From: Octopus vulgaris
Taxonomy: Eukaryota
Assembly (NCBI GenBank): GCA_951406725.2
Contig: OX597814.1
Coordinates: forward strand, 193,254,001-193,318,000
Reading direction: 5' to 3'
Length of the DNA: 64,000 nucleotides
Position numbers and translations under genes: made by a program. Under the pieces are notes generated by a model. That model was given only the letters and a program-made list of their open reading frames with translations, did no database searches and was not told the DNA's origin. Below, one piece after another: positions 52,666 through 64,000 of the stretch. Every line of letters starts with the position of its first letter. The stretch's first letter is position 1.

Positions 52666-52926
52666 GTAGATGCATGTGGCTTAGTGGTTAGGGTGTTGAA
52701 CTCATGATTGTAAGATTGTGGTTTCGATTCCTGGACCGGGCGATGCGTTGTGTTCTTGAGCAAAACACTTCATTTCACGTTGCTCCAGTCCACTCAGCTG
52801 GCAAAAGTGAGTAATGCTGCGATGGATTGGCGTCCCGTCCAGATGGGGAACACATACGCCATTAAAACCGGGAAACCGGGCCCATGAGCCTGGCTAGGCT
52901 TTAAAAGGGTGATTTATTATTATTTT
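52666..52926 (+). mobile_element. SINE family B
   Basis: Near-identical to 4891-5140. Confidence 0.9.
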
Positions 52927-53134
52927 ACATATCACATTCATCCTCATTCTTTGCCACAGTTAAAAAGTTAATTTCGCTTGATTAATTAAGCTAAAAAAAC
53001 GTCATTTAACAATTGCAATGACGTCAGCCTATCTCTTCTGATATGAGCCAAAGAAAGAAGCCTTCATAGTATTGCACTGACTTGTTGGAAATAGCAGTTA
53101 AAACCCCCCTCCAAGGCATACGTATTTGAAATAA

Positions 53135-53517
53135 TCTCTCTATATATAAAGCTGAAGTTGTCTGTGTATGGAAGGTTTGGTTGCCTTCAACTAACACTAT
53201 CTCCTCCGACACCCTGCGGCGCAAGTTGACCAAAATTGAGAGCATGTTAGAAGAAGGCTTGCTCTTCCTTCCATAGAAGAAAAAATTCAAATTCAACACG
53301 GACCATGTTAACATCAAAAAGGTGCTTTTTTTTTCTATGAAAATCTTTATTTTTTACGATTTTTGACTGTTGTGTCGCCATTTTTCGGTGTATTTCAACC
53401 AGAAAAATGTTCACTTAAAGAGAATAACAAGCAAAATAATGCAAACTTTTTCCTTTTCAAAAATTCCAATTCTAAAGGGTCGAAACAAACCCGAGCAACG
53501 CCGGGCGATACTGCTAG
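53135..53517 (+). mobile_element. Non-autonomous Helitron
   Basis: a|TCtctctatatataaag 5' end; 3' hairpin cccgagcaacgccggg followed by CTAG|t; no TSD, A^T target. Confidence 0.85.
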
Positions 53518-54021
53518 TAACAATAACAAAGATGACCGCCTGCATAGTGTAACTATAGTAAACAAATAGAGTAGGATTTCTGAAAAGAACGTAGTCAACT
53601 GTTAGAGAACTGCGCTATAGATATAGCTAGGCAGAGAACAGAAGACAAGCAGTAAAAAGCAAAGGCCACCTGATGCACACATACACACACAAACACAAAC
53701 AAACACACACACAAACAAACACACACACAAACACAAACAAACACACACATACATATATTGGTCATTTCAAAGAGAACGCTCAAGATCCCATTATACATTC
53801 GTTGTGCTATCTCACCTGATTATCTTATAGATTATTTTATCAATAAAGCTGTGTATATAATCATTAACACACACGTACATTACATATATATATGTGTACA
53901 TGCACGCATACACATACAAAGATATCTTTTACATGTACGTGTGTGTGTGTGTGTGAGAGAGAGAGATTCATTAAGATCTCTTTTGATAATGCCTCTCAGA
54001 TATCTCACATCTTGTGTTTGT

Positions 54022-54071
<50 letters not shown>

Positions 54072-54249
54072 TGTTGTGTGCGTTATATACATAGAATTTC
54101 GTTATCACAGCTTATGTGACTTGATGCCAATGCAAACTGGCCGGTTCAGACCATCACTTAACGATTTGAAGTAGTTATATTTTTGACTTGAGTCGAAAAT
54201 TCTGGTACCGTGCACCGCTTCTTAGAGAAACCCGAAAGATATATGTGCT

Positions 54250-54280
<31 letters not shown>

Positions 54281-54380
54281 ATGCATGTGTATGTGTGTGC
54301 GGCGTGCGTGTGTGTGTACGAGTGGGCAGGCTCCGGCTCGTGTGTGTATGTATGTTTGTATGTATGTATGTATGTATGTA

Positions 54381-54461
54381 TGTCATTGTTCAGTTTTATT
54401 TTCTTTATTTTTCATCTCTAACTCTTACCGCATTTCTCTCTCTCTCTTTCTAATATTCCAG

Positions 54462-54505
<44 letters not shown>

Positions 54506-54689
54506 TCACTGTGCATCCCAATCATTTCTCTTTCATTATTTCTCTCATGTATGTATGTATGTATGTATGTTTGTATGTATGTATGTATGTATGTATGCAT
54601 GAATGTATGTTTGTATGCATGCATGTATGTATGTATGAATGTATGTATGCATGCATGCATGCATGTACGTACGTAAATACGTTTGTATG

Positions 54690-54723
<34 letters not shown>

Positions 54724-55045
54724 TGTATGTATGTATGTATGTATGTATGTATATGTATGTATATATGTATGTATGTGTGCAGATTTATGTATGCCCTGTC
54801 ATGCATATATTTGCATATCCAGAGATGCTCGTGTATACTTAAATAATAAACGTCTGCAAAGTTTTACAGATTTTTACAGTTCCAGTGATGGCTTGGATCT
54901 GTAGTCTTTGAATCAGCTTTCTCATTTCTGGTTTTGAGAAGCCTAATTTCTCAAGATTGGTATTTAGGCAGAGTGCTACATATCCCAGTACCCCAATAAT
55001 TACTGGTATTAACCTGAAATTGTAATCTGAATAAACTGCAGATGT
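54381..55045 (-). mobile_element. R4/Dong-like (RLE endonuclease) retrotransposon 3' end embedded in (TACA)n
   Basis: Minus frame YSDYNFRLIPVIIGVLGYV..LNTNLEKLGF..LQIQAITGTVKICKTLQTFII* (54839-55040) resembles the RLE C-terminal .P.IIGALG motif; 3' UTR, (CATA)n, terminal aaataaaactgaacaatgacatacatac. Confidence 0.72.
54399..54548 (+). repeat. 150-bp direct duplicate of 57319-57480
   Basis: Identical apart from (CT)n length. Confidence 0.95.
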
Positions 55046-55139
55046 AAATATATATGTATGCATGTATGTATGCCTGTAAGAATGTATGTATGTATGCACT
55101 CACATATATAATATATACAAATATCTATATATATATATA

Positions 55140-55215
<76 letters not shown>

Positions 55216-55219
<4 letters not shown>

Positions 55220-55826
55220 TAATAAAATATTAGGGAATAAATCCAAACTTACAGGGAAAAATCAGATTTAGGATTGAATCCAATTTTATAGTGAAATATT
55301 ATATTATATTAAATTAGAGATAAAACCACTATTAGGCAAATCATACAATGAAAAACTTAAGCCAATACACAAGATTAATTAATTTATATTATTTTAAATA
55401 TATATCAAAATTATTAAAAAAAGATAATTAGTATAACACTACGATCGTTTCATGGCTGTCCAATTCGTAAAAATTCGAGTTACAGTCATTCTTCAGGTGA
55501 TTGAAATATTTAACTTAGCGAGGTTTAATCAATGATTAAACCTCGCTAAGTTAAATATTTAAGTTAAAAGTACGAAATAATAAATAAATAGTATATAATT
55601 ATATACTATTTATTTATTATTTCGTACTTTATTTAGTTCTAGGTAAATGTTTTATCGTATCTTTAATTTTTTCTATATGGTATGATTTAAGTGTATCATT
55701 GTTGAATTGCTACATGATGGTTCTTCTCTAATTTATATACATATATTATATATTGTGAAATTTGATTTAGTATTACTAAATTGAAGTTTTCCCTGTAAGT
55801 TTGGAATCATATTCCCTAATATTTAT
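55216..55826. mobile_element. Fold-back element with diverged ~150-200-bp inverted arms, Penelope-like pseudo-LTR derivative
   Basis: Ends aaatattagggaata..ccaaacttacagggaaaa / ttttccctgtaagtttggaatcatattccctaatattt; contains a hammerhead and two perfect palindromes; flanked by (TA)n and (TTA)n. Confidence 0.75.
55437..55499 (-). ncRNA. Type I hammerhead ribozyme
   Basis: Minus strand cac CTGAAGA atgactgt..acagccat GAAA C-gatc-GTA gtg: stem I cac/gtg, intact core, ~8-bp stem II, palindromic CGATCG stem III, GUA cleavage triplet; the Penelope/retrozyme-type architecture. Confidence 0.8.
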
Positions 55827-55838
55827 TATTATTATTAA

Positions 55839-55923
<85 letters not shown>

Positions 55924-56916
55924 GAACTTTGATCGACAACATCTCAAGGACCAGACGTGATTTTGCGTCTATGAATGGTAATTAATGCAGATTCAAGTCA
56001 CTTTTTAGACATGTATATATATATACATACATACATATGTGTGTATGTGTGTGTATATGTGTGCGTGAGTGAATGTGCGTACGTACGTGCGTGCGCGAAC
56101 ACACGCACAAAATCAGTAAATATCTTGTCCATAAAATCTAATTGATTGTACAAAAATAGTATCCTGGTGAAACATATTACAAGACATATAGTGAACACAT
56201 AAGCAGACGTTAAAGTGCCAGGATCGAGACACATCTTTTGCTAGTTTTTGTGCGTGTGGAGGGGTGGGGGAAGCTGGGGAGTCCTGCAGGCAGGATATTG
56301 GTGATACCAAAATATACTGTCGCCTTTATCATCAGAGACTCAGCACAGATAAACTGCCGAACTAAAAAGTAGTTGGAACACAGTATACACGCATACAAGA
56401 AAGTAACTCAATGGACCAGAATATCGTATTTAGTCGCGGTGAGTCTACGGTCGTAAATGACTGAAAGATTTTCTAATTACACAATTCTACAGTAGAATAA
56501 TTTGAATGTCGTCTTAGGAAATTAGCATTATATAATTAATGCTGGAATAAAATATCTCAGGTTAACAAGAAATATATCATGTGTGAAAGATTTATAAAGA
56601 CCTCGGTGAACAAAGCAATTTTTCGGTTTTTCTTCTTTTTTCTCTCTTTTTTTCTTTCTTTTTCTGTCTCTTTTTTGTTTTTCTTTTTGTTTTTTTTGTT
56701 CGTGAAGTTCCTTATGAATCCTGCGAAATGTAATTTCAGCAATACATATGTGCATCATGTATATGTATGTTTATGTGCATTTATTTATATATATAACTAT
56801 TGTTCCTCTATATATCTGTGTGTATGTGTGTGTGTGTATGAATATATATATATATGTGTGTGTGTGTGTATGTATATATACATATATATGTGTAAATCAT
56901 CATCGTTTAGCGTCCG

Positions 56917-57088
<172 letters not shown>

Positions 57089-57194
57089 TTCCCCAAAAAA
57101 ACAAAAGACGAAGATATATATATATATACACGCACCCACATATATAGATACATATATATACATATAGACATATATATGTATATATAGTGTATTA

Positions 57195-57261
<67 letters not shown>

Positions 57262-57318
57262 ATGTGTGTGTATACATATATATATATAGTTCATAAATGT
57301 CTGACAGTTGTCTGCGAC

Positions 57319-57381
57319 TTTTCTTTATTTTTCATCTCTAACTCTTACCGCATTTCTCTCTCTCTCTTTCTAATATTCCAG

Positions 57382-57437
<56 letters not shown>

Positions 57438-57480
57438 TCACTGTGCATCCCAATCATTTCTCTTTCATTATTTCTCTCAT
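57319..57480 (+). repeat. Second copy of the 150-bp duplicate
   Basis: Matches 54399-54548. Confidence 0.95.
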
Positions 57481-57809
57481 CACACATTTCTGTAATTAAC
57501 TTCAAATTATGTTCCGACCTATTAAGTTGCACGCATCGATAACGGAATTAAAATGGCGGCTTTCTTTTGATGCCTTGAAATGTTCCGCGTAAAGTTTACA
57601 GTATTAGACCACAGTACGGACAGTCAACAGCACCGACGGCCCCCAATGACCACCAACACTGCTACCTACACTGTCATCACCATATCCTCATCACCATCAG
57701 CAACACCAACACCAACACCAACAAAACTAACACACCTACCAGCAGAATTACCATCACCCCTACCATCACCGTCACCAAACTTTTCTACTTTAGAACACAA
57801 GAACTGAAA

Positions 57810-58520
<711 letters not shown>

Positions 58521-58577
58521 ATTCTGCTGGTGGGCGTGTTAGTTGTGTTGATGATGGTGATATGGTGATGACAGTGT

Positions 58578-59140
58578 GCCGAAAACCATTACAAGTTGTG
58601 GCGACACGATGAGATAACGAAAGTGCTACACTGGAAACTGTGAAAAGTTGGGGTTAGAGGGAGGCAAGACGTGGTATGAGCACAAACCGCAGAGAGTCAC
58701 GGAATTGGAGAATAGCAAAATCCTCTAGTGGTGGTCGACAAGATGCACCTCATATATTATATAGTTGATGTGTCCCTCCCCACCCTTTTGACCCACAAAT
58801 AGTCAAGAAGGAAGGCGAAAAATTGACTCAACTCCTTAAGTACGAAATAGCCCGACTGTGGAAGATGAAGAAGGTGAAGGTAGTGTCAATTATTGTTGGG
58901 TCCTTGGGGACAGCATCAGAAGGTATCAAGAAGAATATAAAGGAAACTGGAACAGCGCGCAGCAGAATTAACACAAAAGGTTTGCCTCCTTGACTCGGCC
59001 AGAATAATCAGGAAAGTATTAGATAGCTGAAAAGAACGAATAGCATGGTACCACAGGCAGCAGGTAGTAAGCCCGCTACGCATGCAAGACTCTGGGAGCT
59101 GCAATAAACTCTGTGATAACAGAGATAATAATAATAATAA
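58578..59140 (+). mobile_element. R4/Dong-clade retrotransposon RLE endonuclease and 3' end
   Basis: HYKLWRHDEITKVLHWKL..KTWYEHKPQRV.ELENSKIL*..IVDVS.P..LKYEIARLWKMKKVKVVSIIVGSLG..QKVCLLDSARIIRKVLDS* (stop 59028-59030), then 3' UTR and (TAA)n. Confidence 0.88.
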
Positions 59141-59144
59141 CAAG

Positions 59145-59357
59145 GATTTCAATTTTTTTCCACAAGGGCAGCTTGCGGGAGGAGATTAAGTCGATTACGT
59201 CGACCTCCGTGTTTCACGAGTACTTATTTTGTCGACCCTGAAAGGATGAAAGGCAAAGTCGAGCTCGACAGAATTTGAACTCAGAACGTAAGGACGGACG
59301 CAATGCTGCTAAGCATTTTGTCCGGCGCAATAACGGTTCTGGCAGCTCGCCGCCTTA
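59145..59357 (-). mobile_element. SINE family A
   Basis: Reverse complement of the family A consensus. Confidence 0.85.
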
Positions 59358-59433
<76 letters not shown>

Positions 59434-59487
59434 GTAATAATAATAATAATAGTAATAATAATAATAATAATAATAATATTAATAATA

Positions 59488-59532
<45 letters not shown>

Positions 59533-59659
59533 GTAATAATAATGCCCTGATGCAGAACCAAAAGAAAGAATGTCATAAAACAACTTCCTTTGGCTGGCAC
59601 ACACACACACGCACGCACACATACACACACACGCACACACGCACACACGCACACACACA

Positions 59660-60818
59660 CACTCTAGCTAAAACTTTTGTATGAATTATGTTATTTCTCG
59701 CTATCTGCACGCGCAAAATTACAGCTCAAATTCAATTGAAATCACCTTTTTCTATTCTGTAATTCGTGTTTGTGATGAGTGTATTTAAAAACCTGATCTT
59801 CGATATAAGCTTAAAAGGAAGTTCTCTCAGAAATCCTGTCCTTTACCTGTTGTTTCTAGCATGTCCGGGTTGGCATTCACCCCCACCCCCCACCCCCAGG
59901 ATTTTTTTCCTAAATTTCTTCCGATACCTATGTTTTCGATACAGGACATTCGGATTTCGCCCAAAAAGCACACTCTCAATATTTTGATGTTCTCCTTCCC
60001 CATCCCAATTTCTTCCTTATTTTACTTTCTTCGAATTTTTTTCTTAGTAATCCACATAGAAAAAAAAAACAGAGAGTGTGAATCTTTCTTCTTTCTTTTT
60101 TCTTAAACAAACACTAAAATCTTCTTCCCAAACATCCACCCATCACCTCATTACTTTCAAAAAGCTACAAACTCCCAATGTTTCACTTTTAGCTTTTTGG
60201 AAAGCAGGGAAGTTTCTTTAGAAATAATGTCGTTTACCTGCTGCTTTTAGCATGTCTGATTTTCTGGTGGTATTCTAATAGTTTTTATGTCTGTTATTTC
60301 AGTACCATTCTACGCATGTGTTAAGCATCAGACGAAAGTGAAACATTGGGTTATTTTAGCTTTTTGAAATCGGGTAGGTGATGGGTGGACGAGGTGGGAG
60401 AAGGGCATTGAATGTTTCTTGAAGAAAAGTTAAACTTTAAAAAGAAATGTATTTCCCAGATTCGTAATCTCTGTATTTTTCTACATGGATAAAAAAAAAA
60501 CAATTTGTAAAAAAAGTTACAAATTAAGAAATTGCGGTGGGGACGGGGGATAGGGAAACTAAAATTTTGAAAACGTGATTTCTGGGCAAAATTGTATAAA
60601 CCCCCTTTTTATATGATGAAACAATACATAGTTTGTGATCCTTCTTAAGAGAAAGCGCTTTCATACAAACCCATACAAATTGTACCCCTCCCCCACTTTA
60701 CTTTTAAACAAACAATAACTTCCATTATTCCATTAACTATATACCAGCTGTGCCGATTCTGCCATACAATATGGTTGTAAGTCATAACACACGGGCAACG
60801 TCGGGATGCATTGCTAAT
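59660..60818 (+). mobile_element. Degraded non-autonomous Helitron-like element with internal inverted segments
   Basis: 3' end acgggcaacgtcgggatgcattgctaa resembles the hairpin plus CTAG end at 53490-53517; 60100-60170 is inverted relative to 60350-60420; 5' boundary uncertain. Confidence 0.5.
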
Positions 60819-60847
60819 GTGTGTGTGTGTGTATATATATATATATA

Positions 60848-61021
60848 GTGGAGTATTTTTGCCATTTAAATGTGGCTAACCCGTAAGGGTGGATGCTACT
60901 GTAGCTTGTAGCTCCAGGAGGACACCTCCTCCAGCTGGCTATTGACACACTCCTGGGCTACAAGCTACAGTAGCATCCACCCTTAAGGGTTAGCCACATT
61001 TAAGTGGTAAAAATACTTCAC
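60848..61021. repeat. Long near-perfect hairpin (~72-bp arms, ~30-nt loop)
   Basis: gtggagtatttttgccatttaaatgtggctaacccgtaagggtggatgctactgtagcttgtagctccaggag pairs with ctcctgggctacaagctacagtagcatccacccttaagggttagccacatttaagtggtaaaaatacttcac. Confidence 0.92.
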
Positions 61022-61258
61022 GATGTGTTGCAGCTACTGTTTATACCTCACTCGGAGATTTATTATTGCTTACATATATATATATATATCCCCTCCTCTA
61101 TGTGGTTAGCCATATTAAGATGGCTTCTATACTTTACATTATATATATATATATATATAAAGTTAATCCAAACAAGAAAGCACAAAAAACACAACAACGC
61201 GAGGACGTGGAACAAATATAGTATTATTGGACGCTCAGGAAAGAAGGAAAGAAGGAGG

Positions 61259-61293
61259 GTTTAACGTTTCGACCGGAGCTCTTCGTCGGAAAC
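61259..61293 (-). ncRNA. Minimal type I hammerhead-like motif (CCGACGA core variant)
   Basis: Minus strand gttt CCGACGA a-gagc-tcc-ggtc GAAA CGTT aaac; stem I gttt/aaac, AACGTT palindrome; inside a ~150-bp element flanked by (TA)n. Confidence 0.6.
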
Positions 61294-61306
61294 ATAGGAG
61301 AAGGAA

Positions 61307-61356
<50 letters not shown>

Positions 61357-61590
61357 TGACAAGGAAATGAACTTTCGATTCTAATCCAGAAACGAATTCG
61401 TCCATAATTGATCCAAGTAGGCTGGGATTTCGTTGTCTTCTTTCTCTTTACCATATACGGGTTACAAATTCTGTTTGTTTGTGGAGACTTTTTTACTAGT
61501 AGTAGAAATAGTGACCTATTTGGCTGCTATTTCTAATATTTTCGGTATGTGGTTTTGAGCAACTTGTTGCAATTAACCCTTTATTATAAT

Positions 61591-61636
<46 letters not shown>

Positions 61637-61638
61637 AT

Positions 61639-61926
61639 GTAAGGGGCTACCTTGATGAGGTTTTTCCAAACAGATGAATTAAATGAAGCGGTTCAGTAGA
61701 ATATACTCCACGCTCAGCAGTGCTAATACCACGAGGCTTTTGTACAGGATACTTACACTATGAAGTTTACGATACAAAACCGGCAGCAGTCGATGAACTG
61801 AGGACAGCCATTGAACGAGAACGCACTCTAATACCAAACGAAATGTTTCTTAATGTTTGCAATTCCGTTGCTTCGTATTATCAGCAATGCCTGGACCAGA
61901 ACGGTCATTAGTTTGAAGACAAGCGT
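61639..61926 (+). pseudogene. Tc1/mariner (DD41D/DD37D-like) transposase C-terminal relic
   Basis: VRGYLDEVFPNR*I..GSVEYTPRS..GYLHYEVYDTKPAAVDELRTAIERE...IPNEMF..QQCLDQNGH*FE resembles FP.RWIGR.G...PPRSPDL..WGYLK..VY..KP....EL. Confidence 0.82.
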
Positions 61927-62109
61927 TCATAAAGAAAAAAATCTATTGAATTTTGTGTGTAAATTGAATTAAGTTTTGAAAATGGAATAATATTTTTATA
62001 AATACTCGATCCGAAGCTGTACAAGGTGCCGTGCAGTGAGACCGAACTCAGAACTACATACCTGCTGAATGAACTTCTTAACCATCCAACTATTCCTGCA
62101 AGCAGTTAG

Positions 62110-62157
62110 ATTCTCTCTCTCTCTCGTTCTCTCTTTCTTTTTCTCGCTTTCTTTTTT

Positions 62158-62232
<75 letters not shown>

Positions 62233-62291
62233 CTCTCTCTCTCTCTCTCTCTCTGTCTTTCTTTCTCTCTCTCTCTCTGTCTTTCTTTCTT

Positions 62292-62324
<33 letters not shown>

Positions 62325-62536
62325 TACACTGATTTTTCTCTCTCTTTGTTTCGTATATGTGTGTGTGTATATATTTCTGTGTGTGTCTGTATGCATATAT
62401 GTGTGAGTGTATGTATGTATGTACGTGTGAGTGTATGTGTATGTATGTATGTACGTGTGAGTATGTATGTATGTATGTATGTATGTATGTATGTATGTAT
62501 GTATGTATGTATGTACGTACGTACGTACGTATGTAT
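62110..62536. repeat. (TTTC)n/(CT)n/(TATG)n microsatellites
   Basis: Direct reading. Confidence 0.95.
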
Positions 62537-63170
62537 GACAGTGAGTAGAGAACCACATTTATATTTTGACGACCACTTCATCGATCAACACATAACTACA
62601 TCTATAAATATATTAAGGACGCTGACAATTCTAGTAAACATGACATTTGGATTGATTTCCTTCTTAGAATTATTGAATTACTTGATTCTTTATCGGTTTT
62701 TATAGGATGTTGTTTTTTTCCCTCTCAAGACTATTTCAGGGAGTAAACTGTAAATAAAATTGACCTAATCATTATATTTGCATACAAAATAGATAAACAG
62801 AATGAATGTATGTTTCTAAACAATGCTCCCCGAATTCACATTTGTTTCTCATTAAACGCTAATAAAACACTAAATCGGTAAAGTGAAAATGTTTCCACAC
62901 AATGTTATAAACAGCATTACGCTATAACTTTTACATCACTCCATCTCACACCTCATCTATTCGCTATATACATCGATAATTTTGCAGTCTATAAAACCTT
63001 TCGACACTCGATAAAGTCAAAGGCGGTGAATTGGTCGAGTTGTTAAGGTTGGGTAGTTTGCCTAGCGGTGTTCGTTTCAACAGTCTGAGTTCAAATACCA
63101 CCAAGGTCAAATTTGCCTTTCATTCTTTCGAGGTCTTCTCTTCCTGCCTGCTATCTTTCTGGAAGAAATC

Positions 63171-63601
63171 GGATCTTTTCGGTTTGAACGGCAGTTTTTA
63201 ACATAATTTCTAGGTAACTAAAAAAATGTTAAACTTCGTATACTGGTAGAAAGTGTTTATAAAACATCTTTTTCTCTTGGCTTTATTGAGAAAATTCTAT
63301 AGTTTGTAAGATATTTGTTGTTTTTTTTCTTCAATTTATGCAATTTCAACCAATCAATGACGTCCATTGAGGTAAAAAAAACATTCTGTGCCGTGTGAAT
63401 ATGTCTCTCGTTTAAGAAACAGATTGGGTTTATTTACATTTGTGAAGAAAAAAAGATACCCTTCTCCCATCCCAAACCCTAACCCTAACCCTAACCCTAA
63501 AACAGATTGAAATGCAATAGATCGATACTAGGGTCATAATTATGGGTGACAATTTCATATGACACCGCTAGCAAAAACTGCCGTTCAAACCGAAAAGATC
63601 C
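63171..63601. mobile_element. 431-bp MITE, Merlin-like
   Basis: Same TIRs and internal sequence as the 37997 copy; imperfect TSD aagaaatc / aaaaatc; (CCCTAA)n at ~63476-63499. Confidence 0.93.
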
Positions 63602-63669
63602 AAAAATCAGCTCTGCTCAGACTTAGAGAGAGAATTAGGTCTAAAAGTGTCCAAGATGCACCATATATT

Positions 63670-63877
63670 ACGACGAAAAGCTGGCAGAAACGTTAGCACG
63701 CCGGGCGAAATGCTTCGTGGTATTTCGTCTGCCGCTAAGTTCTGAGTTCAAATTACGCCGAGGTCGACTTTGCCTTTTATCCTTTAAATAAGTACTAGTT
63801 TCCCACTGGGGTCGATGTAATCGACTTAATCCTTTTGTTTGCCCCTTCTATGTTTAGCCCCCTGTGTGCAATAAAGT
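63670..63877 (+). mobile_element. SINE family A
   Basis: agctggcagaaacgttagcacgccgggcgaaatgc... Confidence 0.85.
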
Positions 63878-64000
63878 AATGTATATTACGACAGCATCTC
63901 AAAAATATAAAAATTCAAAAACTGAGGATCGAAGGCAAGACAAATTATTATTTAGTTTTCGCTTCTGTTGCTGCTGCTACTACTACTACTACTTCTACTT

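Overview
AT-rich, gene-poor animal genomic DNA. The SINE families, microsatellite density and TTAGGG-bearing MITEs point to a coleoid cephalopod, probably Octopus (inference). No intact host CDS, rRNA, true tRNA or CRISPR array is supportable; nearly all supplied ORFs are translations of microsatellites or SINEs. The window is a mosaic of: (i) four recurring tRNA-derived SINE families; (ii) GG-terminal MITEs with 8-bp TSDs and internal (CCCTAA)n; (iii) Tc1/mariner, hAT, Helitron and Helentron-type relics; (iv) decayed non-LTR retrotransposons (CRE-clade RT with a PHD-like finger, RTE, CR1-like, R4/Dong-like endonuclease ends); (v) Penelope-like relics with several minimal type I hammerhead ribozyme motifs and fold-back structures. 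The best leads are an apparently (TACA)n-associated R4-like retrotransposon with a hammerhead-like 3' tail module, a fold-back element at 55.2-55.8 kb with an intact hammerhead plus two perfect palindromes, and the PHD-bearing CRE element. A few unique non-repeat islands may be cis-regulatory. Coordinates of degraded relics are approximate.
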